Shown here: positions 43,503 to 59,213 of the stretch, in pieces
Layout of the letters: every line of letters begins with the position of its first letter
Numbering within the stretch: the stretch's first letter is position 1
DNA from: Chrysomallon squamiferum
Taxonomy: Eukaryota; Animalia; Mollusca
Length of the DNA: 64,000 nucleotides
NCBI GenBank assembly: GCA_012295275.1
Contig: CM022673.1
Coordinates: forward strand, 21,824,001 to 21,888,000
Reading direction: 5' to 3'
The notes under the pieces: model-generated
What the model was told of the DNA's origin: nothing
The model's input: the letters and a program-made list of their open reading frames with translations, nothing else
The model's database searches: none
Made by a program: the position numbers and the translations under genes

Positions 43503-45866
43503 AGTCTCTTTCCTTCTTTAATTGTTTAACACTATCTTTTCTCTTTAACAACATCAGTTTGATAATGTCGTTACGAAATCAAAACTGCCTTAGAGGCGAG
43601 CAAACCAGATTTCACCAGATGTTTATGAGTTAATATTCGTGATACAGATCTGTAAGATTAACAGTTCTCTAGGAATGTTAATTACCATTTACCATTAGCT
43701 AACCTACGCGAGCTTCACTCAGTGTGGTATCAGTCATTCCTCTCCTAAAAGGGCGAGGTTTGCCTAACGATGGAACTGCTTCATGAAATATCTAACCACA
43801 TTAACATGTATGTTACAACTGCTGCTGCTGCTGCTGCTACTAGTACCACTGCCACTATTTGTACTACTATTATTACAATTATAATCATCATCATCTTATC
43901 ATCTTAAGATCGTCTATCTGTATTTTTCACTGATCGTCTATCTGTATTTTTTTTATTTAGTGAATACTCAGCTGATGATACTAAAACTAGTACACTTGCT
44001 ACAGTTGTAAAAACGTGAATGTTCGTCACGGTTGTTGGAGTAACAAGGTGATTTTACAACAGTCACTGCGTTTGATGATGAAGACTCATAATTTTACTTT
44101 ATTCAGTTTGCTGCGAGACTGGTATCTCTACTGCTACTGAATTTTATTGTCTATCTTAACATCTTTATCTTGTTTTTTCCTTTATTTTTTATTTCGTTCT
44201 TTTCCAGTCTTGTTTTCTTTTAATTCTTCGTTTGACTTTTTGTCTCTTTTCTTCCTTCCTTTCTTCCATTCTTTGTTATTCCTATTTTTTTTATTTTTTT
44301 TGTTGTTGTTTTGTTTTGCTTTCTTTTGAAAAAGATTCATCATCATTATCAATACTATTTATTTGTTTGTTTATCGACTTATTTATTTATTTACTTATTT
44401 ACATCTATTTGCATTTTATTATTTGTATGGGCATTCTGTTTCTTATTTTTATAATGCATAAAACACAGACTACAAGTTCAATTTATTTATTTATTATATT
44501 GTTTAGTTGATTTGATTAGATGACAATAAATCAATGCAAACTGTAAAGGTGTTTATATTTATAATGGTAGGCCTACCCTACTCATCTTTAGCAGCCATTG
44601 TGACAGCAGCTGCAACAGCAGTAGTAGTAGGGATAGTAGTAGTAGCAGCAGAAGCAGCAGCATCAGTAACAGCAGCAACAGTAATAGAATAGTACAAAAT
44701 ATAGTGGTGATAGTTGTTATGTAATATTAATACCTGTTGTAACAGTAGTAGCAGAACAGCATAAATTATAGCAATAGCAGCAGCAAAAGTAGTATTAGTT
44801 TTATTATTATTTGTAGAATAGTAGTAGTAGTAGTAGTACCACTAGTATTATTCATAGTAATAGTAGAATTACTGGCAGTACTACTACTAATAGTAGCAGT
44901 ATTGGAAATAGCAGATATAATAAAAACAGCAGTTCTTCCTTTTTTCTCTAATCTTTTTTCTTCTTTTTTTTCTCTTTTTTTTCAACGTGTTATTTGAATG
45001 AGTTTAATTTATAGTTTCAGAAATAAAGATTGCAAAAACTGTTTCGAATTTTTATTATGCTGTTTTCAAAGATCTCCTTCACAAAGACTATAAGAACTCG
45101 AATTTCTCCGAAAAATAAATCAGTGATCCGTTTGAAAGTGTTTGCTTTGATCTATTGCTGACATTACAAACACATAACTTACAACCTGTGGAATTCACAC
45201 ATCTAAAGATTGTTCTCATCATTTCACACTCACCACTCTCTGTTTTGCCTGTCTCTATTTTTCTTTGTTTTTCTTTTTTACCCCTTTTTTCTTCTTTTTT
45301 ATCTTTTCCTTCTTTTTTCTTTCTAAATATATATATATATGTATTTATGTATTTATGTATGTACATATGTATGTATGTGTGTATATTTATTTACTTATTT
45401 TTCTTAATCAATTCTATTGTTACATATCTCCTATGAGAGGTACCTCACTCCTGGGACATCAACAACATCATCCTTATCTTTCGGTTAACGTTTCCAAATA
45501 ATACTTTATCAAACTCAGAATGAAGAAATCAAAACCCATGTAAACGAATATTCCATTTGCTTGTTTCAGAGCGTAACACAAGAACACCTGTATTTAAAAG
45601 CACTTTACTAAATACATGCAACATGGCATTTCTTAACCGCCGTGGCCTATTTTAGCACTCTTGTTTGCAGCAAACTGACAGTGGGGTTTAGTATCAAATA
45701 CTTCTACTCGCTCGCTCGGTGGTTGTAGCAGACAGGGAGAGAGTCGGTCCTGCATTGCCCGATGTCCGTTAGGCTTCGATACGAGAGCTATTTCCTCTTC
45801 CTTTCAACGCTGAGATGATTTTAAAGGACACTTACCACATAACTATTCTCAAGTTAACATGATAAC

Positions 45867-46051
45867 ATGGATTATTTCATTGGTCTGTTCTTTTATGTTG
45901 TTTGGATTTCACAGTCCTTGTCCGCCAAACACAAAACACGTCAAGGTAAGATTTGTTTTCATACGTAAAAATACTGCGCAGTTACACCGAGATAAATTAT
46001 GAAAATCTGCCTTTAGTTTTATAAGTTAATAATATTAAGTGAATGAATACT

Positions 46052-46139
<88 letters not shown>

Positions 46140-46278
46140 GGCTTTTCCTACATTTTTATTTTTTTATTTTTCTTTAATTTTATTATATTCTTCACAACCA
46201 TTATCATCATCATTATTAATATTATTTTACTATCTATTATTTATTTATTATCTATTAATATCTATTAATTATTTATTA

Positions 46279-46357
<79 letters not shown>

Positions 46358-47150
46358 TTTCTTCAGTTTTAAAACATTAGGATGTGTTTTCTAACACCAA
46401 GCTATCTTGAAAGTATTTTATAAGTGCATTACATTACGATGACTGCATATTTGTAAACATGTTTTTACGAGATAAGAACGCTGGTTCTGTAAAGACACAG
46501 CAGTAAATATTTTAAGGCTAAAAGACCAAAAACGAATAAAAAAATGAAAGAAAGAAAAGAAAAGATCAATGTTATATATATATATATATAGCGTGCTACT
46601 GATATCATTTTATTTGTTTTTGTTTCTTCTTTTATTTTTTAAATATCTCTAAAATAAATCTTAATAAACAGACTAGGAATAATTAGAACAAAAAGAATGA
46701 AAAATAATATTAAAATCTTTGCATCCATTAACCTTCGATCAAAATGGTTTCTCTATGTTACAATAAAACAAGTAAAATAAAACTGTCTAATTAAGAAAAC
46801 CAAGTTTCATGATGTTGTCAGCAGTTTCATATTAAATACAAAACTGTTTCAGTTTTCAGACGTTGTAAGAAAACATTTAAACTCAACTATTTACAATCAC
46901 CATGTTAATGTCAGATGCCTTCTGCTGTTCTTATCATAAATATCTTTTCAGTGTGTTCATAAAGATCAGATTTCATGTATTTTAATATTTCTAAACCACC
47001 TTATCAGTTATCTAGCGATGAGCAAGGCTTTATCGTAATTATTTTATTTCAGAAGCTTCTGAAAATTGCTTCGTCTTCACATAGTTTTTCTTTTTTATTT
47101 TGTTTTCTTCCTTCTTCATCTTCTTCTTCTTCTTCTTCTTCTTCTTCTCC

Positions 47151-47185
<35 letters not shown>

Positions 47186-48001
47186 TTTTTTGTTGTTGTT
47201 GTTTTTTGTTTGTTGTTGCTTTTTGTTGTTGTTTTTTTGGTATCAGCAACAAGATTAGCAATATTAGTAATGTTTGTTACTGTAAGCAGTAATATAATAT
47301 ATTTAGCTCTGTATTCAGTTATAACTGAAAAAAATAAAAGCTGGTTATTATCTTTACTGTGCCTGCGATAGTTTACAAGCAAACATAATATAACGCACAG
47401 ATGGAATGTATGTGAAATGGCACACAGACTGTACAGTATCGCAGTGTGTGTGAAATGGCACACAGACTGTACAGTATCGCAGTGTGTGTAAAATGGCACA
47501 CAGACTGTACAGTATCGCAGTGTGTGTAAAATGGCACACAGACTGTACAGTATCGCAGTGTGTGTGAAATGGCACACAGACTGTACAGTATCGCAGTGTG
47601 TGTAAAATGGCACACAGACTGTACAGTATCGCAGTGTGTGTGAAATGGCACACAGACTGTACAGTATCGCAGTGTGTGTAAGTTTATTAACGACGTGACC
47701 GTGCTGTAAATGGGTAAACTGGGGCGGAGACTACGGCGTCGCCGTTAGGAAACGCGTCGTTACACAGTAAGTGGATAATTCGTTAATTAGCCAATCCTGA
47801 CGGCGCTATCACGTTTAGGCAAACACGTTCTAGTCACCTTTGACCTGCTTACATTTGGCTGTTTTACTCTGTATCGTTTTCTGCAACACGCTGTAATTTG
47901 TCCACTAATGATCAGTTTCATGTATTTGCGTTCAGCTGCGGTTTCTTTAAATTTCCCAGAGAGTGTTTAAAAAAAGGTGACCTTGCATATATGTGTGTGT
48001 T

Positions 48002-48049
<48 letters not shown>

Positions 48050-48110
48050 AATGCATGTTAGGTACACTCATTATATATATATATATATACATAACTGACA
48101 TGCACTGACA

Positions 48111-48161
<51 letters not shown>

Positions 48162-51100
48162 AGACACACTCACATGCCTAGGCACACACAATAAAGTAAG
48201 TACTTATGTGTATAGGTATAATATATACAACAAGCTATTAACCTGTCTCTTTATGACTTTTACAATACAGAGACTCCGAGATTTCCTCCACGTCTTAGAA
48301 ACATAAACATGATTATTTGCACCACGACGTCCACGTCTCTGTATACACGAAGAGAAACGCGTTCAGGTTTTGTGTCAATAATCCACACTGTGTTATTACA
48401 CATGCTGCAACTTAATCCACGACTTCGTGTTGTTCTCAGCCATGAACGTACACCTGGGCTTTGTGTATCACACTACTTACCCGCTACATCTGCATTCAGT
48501 ATCTGCAGCTGCGGCAGCGTGTGGCATTGGTAGCACACTTGAACATCACCGCCGTGCACGATGCGTACACGCGAGTCATAATGTCGCTTGTTCTTCTTTA
48601 GATCAACAGAAGACGAATTTTACAAAAACACTTTTTGTCATTAGATTTACTTTTTTACTTTTGATTGAATGAATTTCATTTTATCTTAAAACTTATAACA
48701 TCCGCAGTGATGAATTATTTATTTATTTATTTATTAATAAGTGTTTGTTTTGTTTGTTTGTTGTTGTTGTTGTTGTTTTTGGCTGCTGCTATTGTTGTGA
48801 TTCTTTTTCTTCTTCTTTCTTCTTCTTCTCCTTCTTATTATTATTGGATGAAAGCATGGCTCCATTAGTGAAATGGGAAGTAGCAAAAATAAACAGAAAA
48901 ATTAATAAACATCCACTTTGAAGTTGTAAATGTTATTTCTGTATTTTATATTCATAACGACATGGTATATGTTTATACTTACTACTAAAATGTTAATTAA
49001 TCTTGACTGGGTTGCTACGTCTGACACATCTGGGATCATCTGGTATATTTCACTTGTATCATTTACATCAACGAGAAAATAACAATCCTGTTGGTAAACA
49101 GAAAAGAATTAACATGAATGTGTGCTATTTGATTAAGTGAAATATTAAACTGTTGAGACATATTAGTAAAGGTTATTTGATGGGATATTTATCTCTTTTG
49201 CAGTTTAATATTCTCCATAACAGAAAACTATGAATTCCGAATATTTATGTATATTACATTGACATTTGTTTAATTTTATTTTCTCTCGTTTTCCTCACTG
49301 ATTTCTGATGTTTCTCTTTATACCTTTCTCATTTTCTTTGTATCTGTTTATATCACTATACTTATCTCTCTGTCCATCGGTCTGTCTATCTGTCTATCTC
49401 TCTGTCTATCAACCTGTCTGCCTGACCATCTATCTATCTATTTATCTGGTATCTGTCTATCTATCTACACGAGTATTTGTCCATACTTCTATCCATCCAT
49501 CAGTCTCTCTCAGTCTCAGTGAGTAGGCATTTCTCAGTCACCTACTTCTTATTTATTACTCATGCAGTTTTCATTTCATATTCTTCTCACAATAAAGTTT
49601 GCGGTTTTACAGCCCAGCTGCTAACAATCAGAGAACAGAGCCAATGTCGCTAGTCCAGGAACTTCTCTCTGACCTCATAGCCTGACTCACAGCTGTGACA
49701 TCAGAGCGGGACAAGCGAGTGTAGTTTTAAAACACGGCTGGAATGAAGCGGGGTTTATGTTACATCTGGTCCGCTGTTTCCATCGTTGTCGTGTGTATCT
49801 GCAAGCCTAGACAGACTCGGTTATCGTGATAACAGGGGTTGGTGGTGCAAGTTTATCTGAACTGTGAGCAACAAGACAGCGAGGTCGTCATGCGATCTGG
49901 AGTCTGGCTCTCTTTTAACGTGGCAGTTAGAAATTTGTTTCAACATTGCAGTTAGAAACTGGTTTTAAAAGAAAGAGGTGGACTAAATGTTGAAAAGAAA
50001 AAGCGTGAATGTAGCTTCATTTATCTTTTGTACCTGTTTACTTATCTTTCTAACAAGTAATAATCTGTAATATACTAGACCGTTTTATTAATTATTTATA
50101 CATATAACAGGGATAAATATATATGCCTCAGAAACGTATAAACATAATAATCATATTGAAGATAAGAAGAGACTCATATTTCCATGCTCGTAAATGAACA
50201 TATCTATCCAGTAATATCTTTTCAGCATTTGCAATGGTTAATATCTTTCTTTTACGTCATGTTTCAGTTTAAACGGTAAAGAAGAAATACTGATAAATCT
50301 GCTAACATTTAGAAATCTCATGAACAAGCTTTTTGACTAAAAGTCAAAAAAAATATATTTCCTTTCTTTAGTGTAAAATTCAGTCTTTAAATTGCGTTCT
50401 CTCCTTTTTTTAATAATAAAAACTTTGACATTAGCATTACTATGGGGATTTCAGTGGCATCTTGAACTTTAATCATCTATGATGTTCTGAATCAGATAAA
50501 TAAATAATGTTATCGAGAATATTTTGATTTTGCCCTCATGTATTATAATTTTACTATTTTTACAGTTATATCTTGTTCTTTTCACTTTCCGCCACGTTGA
50601 AAGCTACCTTCGCGGTTATACTTAGTATTTCATAATGGAAAAACAATATTGTGTTGTATTTAACTGTGATTCCAAGATTTGCCAAACCCAGTTTTGGCAA
50701 ACGACCATGTTTAGCTAGCGCTAAGCAAGCTACACTTTTATTTCAGTTGTTTTCTCTGTCTAGTAAGATTTGATTGCTCGAAGTGTACAGGGAGATCTCT
50801 GCGAGTGGTTAGGAACCCGTGACACTGCGCTGAAAAACATGTTTACCTCACTGACGCAAATAAGCGCACGCTGATTTGTATGGAAATCTTATCTACTCGC
50901 GTTTATTCTCAGAGTGTTCTTATAAATGCATATATCGTATATCTAAATCCAACGGGGCCTACTGTGGGTATATGAAAGTCAGTGTCTCGAAGACTTAACT
51001 ACGGACCAGGCGCAGAACCAGAGTGGTTATGCTGCTGAGTATCACGAAGCCAGTGAGCTTTGTTTGCTACCGCTAATGGGTGTTATAACTGACTTAGTGG

Positions 51101-51329
51101 CATTGTTTTACAGGTGTGTCTTGAAAAATGGAACATTGATGAATGAATGAATGAATCAGTCGATCGATCTATCTGTGTTATCTATTTAACACTTGAACCT
51201 ATTTTTACTGATGCCGATTAAGTTAGTCATGCAAATTTGTAATGGAAGTTATAGGTATTCTTACTGTTTCTCAAAATGAGATCTTCTGCAATCACTATTC
51301 TAAAGTCCAAAAAATAAAATAAAGTAAAA

Positions 51330-51373
<44 letters not shown>

Positions 51374-53462
51374 GTAAACGAAAGTTTTTTTCGTCAGTTG
51401 CTGAGCAATGGCTGGAACAGTAAACGTTAAAAACAAAGGAGGCATTTTGAATATGAATTAAACACAATAGGACTCACCAGAATCTTAAGAAAATAATTCT
51501 GAACCTGTTATAGAATTTCACACTGACAGAATTTTTAAAGATTTCGTTTTTACCTTTTAGTCATATTTAATTTGTAAATTAAGAAATTAAAAATCATAAG
51601 CTTTCACTAATACAGTTAACAACCTCCACTCAGTTAGCGATCCTGGTTCAGTGAACTGATTCGAAGGCCCCTGTACAAACAGAGTGGAAGAGCTGACTCG
51701 CTAGAGGTGGGGATAGATAAATGTCAGTGTTGATATCATTAACTAAAAAAAAAAAACCTCCTGCAGATCAGTTTACTTGAAAAAAGATTTCCACAAAATA
51801 AACGAGGTAAAAACAAGCTACAGGTAGCAGGCTATATAAAATGAGGCCGTTCCTTGGAATGTTTGCTGCCCTAACATACCGGTTCTCTATTTATCTCCAT
51901 TTTTTTGTGAGAATATTTTTTTCTTTCTTTTTTATGAACCTAACAAGCCTGTTGAATATGAGTAAAAGAGATTCAAGTGAATTAGTAATTGGTGTGCTTG
52001 TTTACCTACTGGTTGTTTCTAATTACAGTAGGATGAAATGTTTCATTCAACGACGTACACATTTTTAATTTACGGTTTTAATTAACACCTCGCAGACAAT
52101 GAGAAAGCAAATCCTTTGACGCGACGCAATTTATTAATCTTTTACGATTAGAAGCAAGACAACTTTACATGCACCTTCCTGGAACTGTAAATGTCGAGCC
52201 ACTTCCTCGTTCTAAACACTTGTCATAGTGACCCATACACTGAGGATAAAATCTGCTATCATAGCGGTCACAGATAGGTAATATTTAACAAAATGTAATG
52301 ACATATATAAATGTCATTATTTATCTTTATTTAAAGAAAAATGTTAATGAGAATTATCGGTCTTACTTTACAATTAAATTCAGCAATGTCCTTGAGAGAA
52401 GAGAAAAACAAATTTGTTATTTCATTCTGTTTTTAGCTTACAGCGTATTTTCATCACTGCTATTCTTACTAGAACTACCAATGCTACTGCTGCTACTTCC
52501 GCTACAATTAAAAGAACAACAACAACAATAATAATAATAGTAACTGTTAATCTAATTTCATTTCGGGGGGTATTGTTTTTATTAATTAAACAAATTACTA
52601 TTCTAATGCTGCTGCCGAAGCCTGCTGATATAGGTTTGTGTGCAGCATTGCAATACCTGTAGATTTCTACTGTTTTCTATGTCCATGTGCAATATTTAAT
52701 TTTATTGTCTATTTTTCTATCAAATTTAATAAATAAAAACACCTCCATCAAAAAGAAACATGAACAACAAAAGAACAGCCAAAAAAAAAAAAAAGATCCA
52801 GAATCTTTCCCAAGTAGATTAATCCCGCACAAATAAATATTTGTAATGCGACATTCTGATAGGGTTTTCACGTTTCACTGCAGCGTGACGTCTGCATTGA
52901 CCGCGTCAATTGAGTCTTCCACAAATACCAAAGGACGCCGCGATTGTCTGGAATGATAGGCCGCGCTACTCGTAATAGCAAACAACTGAGTCAACAACAG
53001 GAAGTGAGCCATTTGGGTTAATATGAAACATGATTTGAATCACTTGTCGCACCATTTAGAAATGGAACCATTTCGATGAGCAGCCAGTGCCATCATTATA
53101 GTTACACGTAATAACACACTTTATTTATTTATTATTAGTTATTTTTTTTTTTTTTTTTTTTTTTGTTTTGTTTTCTTTCTTTCTTTTTTTTTTTTGTTAC
53201 TTCTTTAGCCAATTAACAATAACTGTCTGCTATTTCTCGTGTTTAATAAAGATTGTATTTTTTATGTTTAACGTGGAGTATATCGTATAATCTTGTTTAC
53301 TATCTTTAAAAAAAATCTAAAGGTTTCAAAGCAATTAGAGATATAAATATCAAGAGATATGATCTCTCTCTTCCTGTCTATCACTCCTTCTATCTCTCTG
53401 TCTCCTGCTCTGTCTTCTTACTTTCTGAAAAATATTATTATTAAATATAAATATTCATTAAT

Positions 53463-53558
<96 letters not shown>

Positions 53559-54550
53559 AATATTTGTAAATATATTCTGAATATAAACAAATTCAGTGAT
53601 TCTCCACACACGACAAAACAAATGCAGTCTTCAAATGAAATTATTGCATATTTTAACAACACTGTCTGTGGGTGTATTATTCTACATTCGATGAAAATGC
53701 CCAAAGCGATGAGTCAGAGATGGAATTTTATACATAAATATAAAGGTATCTAATTATAATACCTCACACTTCGCTTTAAAAATACTCAGTCGTGAATTCC
53801 TTTGTAATGTCTTGTTAAACTGGCATCGTTTTCTACCTTATCTTTCCGACTCTATCACCAAAATATGTGTGACTGTATCGTGTCGGCTGTTTATTATATT
53901 TATCTAATATTTTAGAATTTTTTTTTTCACGGCTTCTTTATCAGCAGTTTAAGAAAAAATCCTGTTTAGTCAATTAACATATAAAAAGAAACTAAGACTG
54001 ACGTGCATTAATCAAAGATCAGAAATAAAGTTACCCTGTATGTGTTTCATCTTAAACTTCTTGTTTGTTGTTGGTGTTTTCTTTCTGTGATAAAACAGAT
54101 AAAGAAGAAACTTAACTGCAGAGCTAAAAATATCATTTCTTTCTTTCTTAGAATCATGAAGTTTAATCATAATGTTCATCACCATTCTGGTGTGATTTTA
54201 GATCATAAACAAAATTTTTACCTGAGTCTTCGTGAGTCGCCCAGTCAAACATTATTTAACTGGTTCATTCAAAAGACATCACTTATCATATTACTAAAAT
54301 TATTCTATTCCTTCGTTAACATAATCATAAACATTATCAGTATTAATAGTAGTAGTAGTATTAGTAGTAGCTTTAGTAGTAGTAGTAGTAGTAGCAGTAA
54401 TAGATCAAATATTATTTAACTATTTCATTCAATACTACAGCTAAAAAGACCACTTATCACATTACTAAAATTATTTTATTCTTTCGTTAACATAATCATA
54501 ATCATTATCAGTATTATTATTAGTAGTAGTAGTAACAGTAGCATAAGTAA

Positions 54551-54583
<33 letters not shown>

Positions 54584-56395
54584 ATAGTAGTAGTAGTCGT
54601 AGTTGTAGTATAGTGGTAGCAGTAGTAGTTCAAACATTATTTAACTATTTCATTCAATAGCTAAAAAGACACCAGTTATCATATTATTAAAATTATTCTA
54701 TTCCTTCGTTAACATAATCATCATCATTATCTGTATTATTATCATTAGTAGTAGCAGTGTTACTCTTCGTTTTGTTTTGTTTCTGTCTTTGTTTACTATA
54801 TTATTGTTGTTGTTGTTGTTGTTACTGTTATGATTATCATCATAATCATCATCATTATTACATGTTAACATCTATTACACATGTCATCTAATCAGTGGAT
54901 GTAACTTTCAGACGTGAACCAGGCCTGCGAGTGGACGATGTGTAGTGGCAGATTCAGACAGACGTCTCTCAGCTGTAACGAGTCACTGATTTTTGTGGAA
55001 AACGTCAGCACTTACTGGGGAGCACCGGACAGACTCGCGTTTAGAAACATCAGGCAAATGTGTCTCGGTGCGAAGAGCTGCGATGTCTCGAGAATGTGTC
55101 AAGGCACAACAAACCAGTTTTCAAAAATACGATACATATGTGTTAATGGTAAGTTATTTCTCTACCTTTCTTTCTGTCTGTCTATTTCTCTTCTCTTCTG
55201 ATTTTTTCTCACTTTATCTGTCTATCCAATTTATTTGTATAATTATGCATCTCTCTCTACAATTTTTTAACAAACTTCATTTCACAAAAATGCATTTACC
55301 AAAACAGAGCAGCATATTTGCTAAAGACTGTGAAGTTTAATTTAAAAACCATTTTTAAATATTTTTAATATCAAATTCTAGAAGAAACTGTATTTTCCTC
55401 ATTTCAGAAAAAAAAAAAATATATATATATATTTCAAAATTGTAATTACATATAGTGCGAGACATAAAAAAAATAGAAGAACAAAAATCCAAAAACATTC
55501 TTTCAATAAAAAGAAAAAAACAAAGCGGCAATAACTTACAAAAAGACCAAATTGTAATAAACTGATAAACACAAACTAATATAGATATATATATGTAGAT
55601 AAATAAACAAAGAAACTTTTCGAGTTATTCAGGTATAGGGAACAACTATTAACAAATAAACAAGGCGTGTGGTCTTACGAACACCGAAAAACCATCTGGA
55701 AAAGGTTAAACCTTCTTTATCGAGCGATAATTTACGTATTACGTCAGTTAGTTTATGTATTACATGTGCATTTACTTACATTATATTCTTATGTATACAT
55801 ATGTATGTATAAACAAATTATTATTAACCCACATTTACTGATTCACGTCATATTCACACGATATTTTCTCACGACAAACATTTAGTTATTAACTGAATGA
55901 ACGTCCTACATGTTTACACGACCAGATTGCGCCTCTATAACTTGGAAAAAAAACAAATGAGATTTTAATTAACTTTATTATTTTCTATAAACAAGAGTCC
56001 ACCTTGGAAAACCGATGCGACTGGCCTGGTAATTTGATATGGAGACAGAGAGGACACATTCAAAGTCCAAGCTATCCAGCTGCTGTACCAGCAAATTACT
56101 GCTCCTGGCGAATTTCAGCCCCAGAAGACAGGTTCGTCCATCTGTCAGTACACGACGTGTCGTCAGTTCCGGTGACTACTTCCTGTAAGAGCGGACTGAA
56201 CATATCGTACCAGGACTGCTCGACTGGACACTGGATGTCTCGAATGTTCTGCGGGAACGACTTACTCGATACAGAAGTTCTGGGATGTGGAAATATCGGC
56301 ATACGACTGGAAGGCGATGATCGATATGAAAGAATTCGATTCTGGTTGACTTACGATGGTAATATGAAATATATGTATCAACAATAACAGCATAA

Positions 56396-56429
<34 letters not shown>

Positions 56430-57151
56430 GTAAGAAAAAAAAATAATAAAACCACCTAGAAACAAAATGGCGATTACGATGATAGCAGTAACAGCAAAAT
56501 AAAATGGCAGTAAACAAATTACTAAAAAATAGCTAAACAACAGCACAACAACAACAATAATAATAACGATGATGATAAGATTATACATATCGTAACAAAC
56601 CGTGATTTAGTTTAGTGAATGTTTAACCTTAGTATAATTTTAAAATAACGACTAAATATATTAGTACACAATGGCATTCCTTCTTTATTATTTTTTTCCA
56701 GTACTTCATCTCACAATTCTACTTCATTTCAGTTTATTACAAAACGCCCCCTCACCTCCTACATCAAATTTACTTCTATATCACTTGTCAAATACGGTCA
56801 TTTGACCTCGTTCAGCGACACATAATCACTGAATTGTCAGTATCAGTTAAGACGAGGGGAACGGAATGTTTCCTCTCCACACCCTGAGTTCGTAGAAAAC
56901 TTTTTATATAAATGACTATTTGTTGTTATTAAACAAACAAAACTCTTCTTCAGTAGCTCTGTGTTGTCCGCTAGCCAACGAAACACAAACCACACCTTCA
57001 TGACAAATGTCTTTAATTAGTCGTTTCGGCCAATTTGGCAGAGAGAACCGTATTGTTTCTGCAGTACCAGTACTATTTCGACTTTTTATTATTAAAAATT
57101 ATTATTATTAAAAATCCATTTATCTGATTGCTATAAAAAATATTAAAGAGA

Positions 57152-57214
<63 letters not shown>

Positions 57215-57235
57215 CATCATTATTATTACTATTAC

Positions 57236-57271
<36 letters not shown>

Positions 57272-59166
57272 ATTACTAGTCATTATTATTATTGTTATTG
57301 GTATAGTTCTTGTTTTTGTTGTTATTGTCATTGTTGATGGTGTTGTTGTTTTTATTGTTAATACCATTATAACTACTTTTGTATCAGTGGTGATGGTACT
57401 TTATAGCAATATTTTCATTTATATAATTCTAGAAGACTTTTCTTTTACAAATCGTTTACAAACGAAAGTAAAATATCATTTCATATTTTTATTTCATCAC
57501 CACATTCTTTATAATCACATGTGACACGTTCGCAAGTTATCCATAATGACATCTTAACACAAGTGTTCCTGTTTCCGGTATAGTGACCTCTACACCGGAA
57601 GCTGCCGTCAAACCGCCATTATCCAAGTTTGCTGAAAAGTGTTTTCTAGGCAGACCCGTGGAGAGCAGCTCGTTGACAAGTCGACTATCAGAATTACCTG
57701 TACTCAGACAACTAGATGCGCCACTCATTATGACGTCATCAACCTCCAGTCCAGGTACGACATCGGGGTTCATAATCCTGTTTTAATTAGTGATATACGC
57801 TGTTAACATATATTCATTCAGTTCAAATGTTATGCTGTCTTCATTAATTTTGCTTGAATTTTATGTTCCTGATTGACTGACATACACACAAACTTGCATA
57901 CACACAGACGTACAAACACATACCTTATACATCCGTATATAATATGCACAAATATATAATTACTCTTTTTTAACACAAATAAGTGTATATAAATGCTTAT
58001 AATTTGATACTTTATTGCAGTAAACCGGCAATATACAACATTTACTGAAACAATGGAGGAGGTAAACACAGAAAGCTCTGGTTTGGATACAAAAGGTTGG
58101 TTTTTTCTTTTTATTTTCTGTAATTTCTTCATAATAGTATTCAGTAGCTGATGAATATAGATATGTATGTGTCAATGAATGTACCTACAAATGAGTGAGT
58201 GTTTATGTGTCTGTGTATGTGTATATGTATGTGTATGTGTGTGTATGCTTTTGTATTTCGGAGGGTTTATTCTGTTTCTCTGTGCATGTTTATAGGTGTA
58301 TGTTTATAGGTGTATGTTCGTGTACGTGTAGTGAGAAACTGCTGTAAATGTGTTGTGTGTTAATATTGTTCTCTTCGTCTGAAAAACAGTGTGCTATGTT
58401 GTTCTCTTCGTCTGAAAAACAGTGTGCTATGTTGTTCTCTTCGTCTGAAAAACAGTGTGCTATGCTGTTCTCTTCGTCTGAAAAACAGTGTGCTATGTTG
58501 TTCTCTTCGTCTGAAAAACAGTGTGCTATGTTGTTCTCTTCTAAAATATTTTTGTAATTTACGGACTCAGAGAATATTTCATGTGAAAGTGTCATTGACC
58601 AATCACTCTCTTCCGCTTCACCGTGTTTATCAGTTGTCACTGACTCTCCTTAACACCCTCTGTTTTACACTTCATATCTCTGTGTGAGACCGGATTCAAT
58701 TCGTCAGCCGTGTAACCTCATTTTACATTAAATAACTGTTCTGAGATTTTATTAATAATCGTTACAGTAAACGTGGACACAAAATGTGACATTTTGTTCT
58801 GAATTATTATCCTCAGAACTATGAATAATAATAATAATAATAACAATAACAATAACAATAACAATAATAATAACAACAATAATAATAATAATAAACTTTG
58901 AGGTTGCTATATGTTTGTGTAATGTTTATATACATTTTCAGTCACTATCATCATAGTCGTGTCGGTGATCGGCGGCATCCTCATTGTTGCCATAGTGCTA
59001 GCTATCATTATTTTCAAGTAAGTTATTTTTATTATTTAGCTGGTTCTTTCTTTTTTTAATTTCTTTCGTTAAATGATTGCAAATACACTTTAAATGTTAA
59101 ATAATTTATATTTTTCTAATTCTACCTTTGAAACAATATATTTATGATCCCATTACATTTAATTTA

Positions 59167-59213
<47 letters not shown>

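Noticed and set aside
47411-47680. CRISPR-like appearance of regular 31-40 bp repeats, here and at 30376, 32852 and 58367
   Set aside because: Units are head-to-tail with no unique spacers, there are no cas genes, and the context is eukaryotic.
48300-48620. GC-richer patch with a minus-strand GG|GTAAGT donor, a possible nested exon
   Set aside because: No convincing ORF or partner exon; cannot be supported without transcripts.
49600-49950. Cluster of TGACTCA, CAGCTG and TGACATCA motifs (similar cluster at 52870-53010)
   Set aside because: Short motifs are expected by chance, and there is no conservation evidence in the window.
50760-51160. Possible SINE ending in a (TGAA)n tail
   Set aside because: No clear A/B boxes, target-site duplication or second copy in the window.
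58290-58687. ORFs with EENNIAHCFSD or SSSEKQCAMLF repeats
   Set aside because: Intronic 33-bp minisatellite. The receptor exons on either side join in phase without it.
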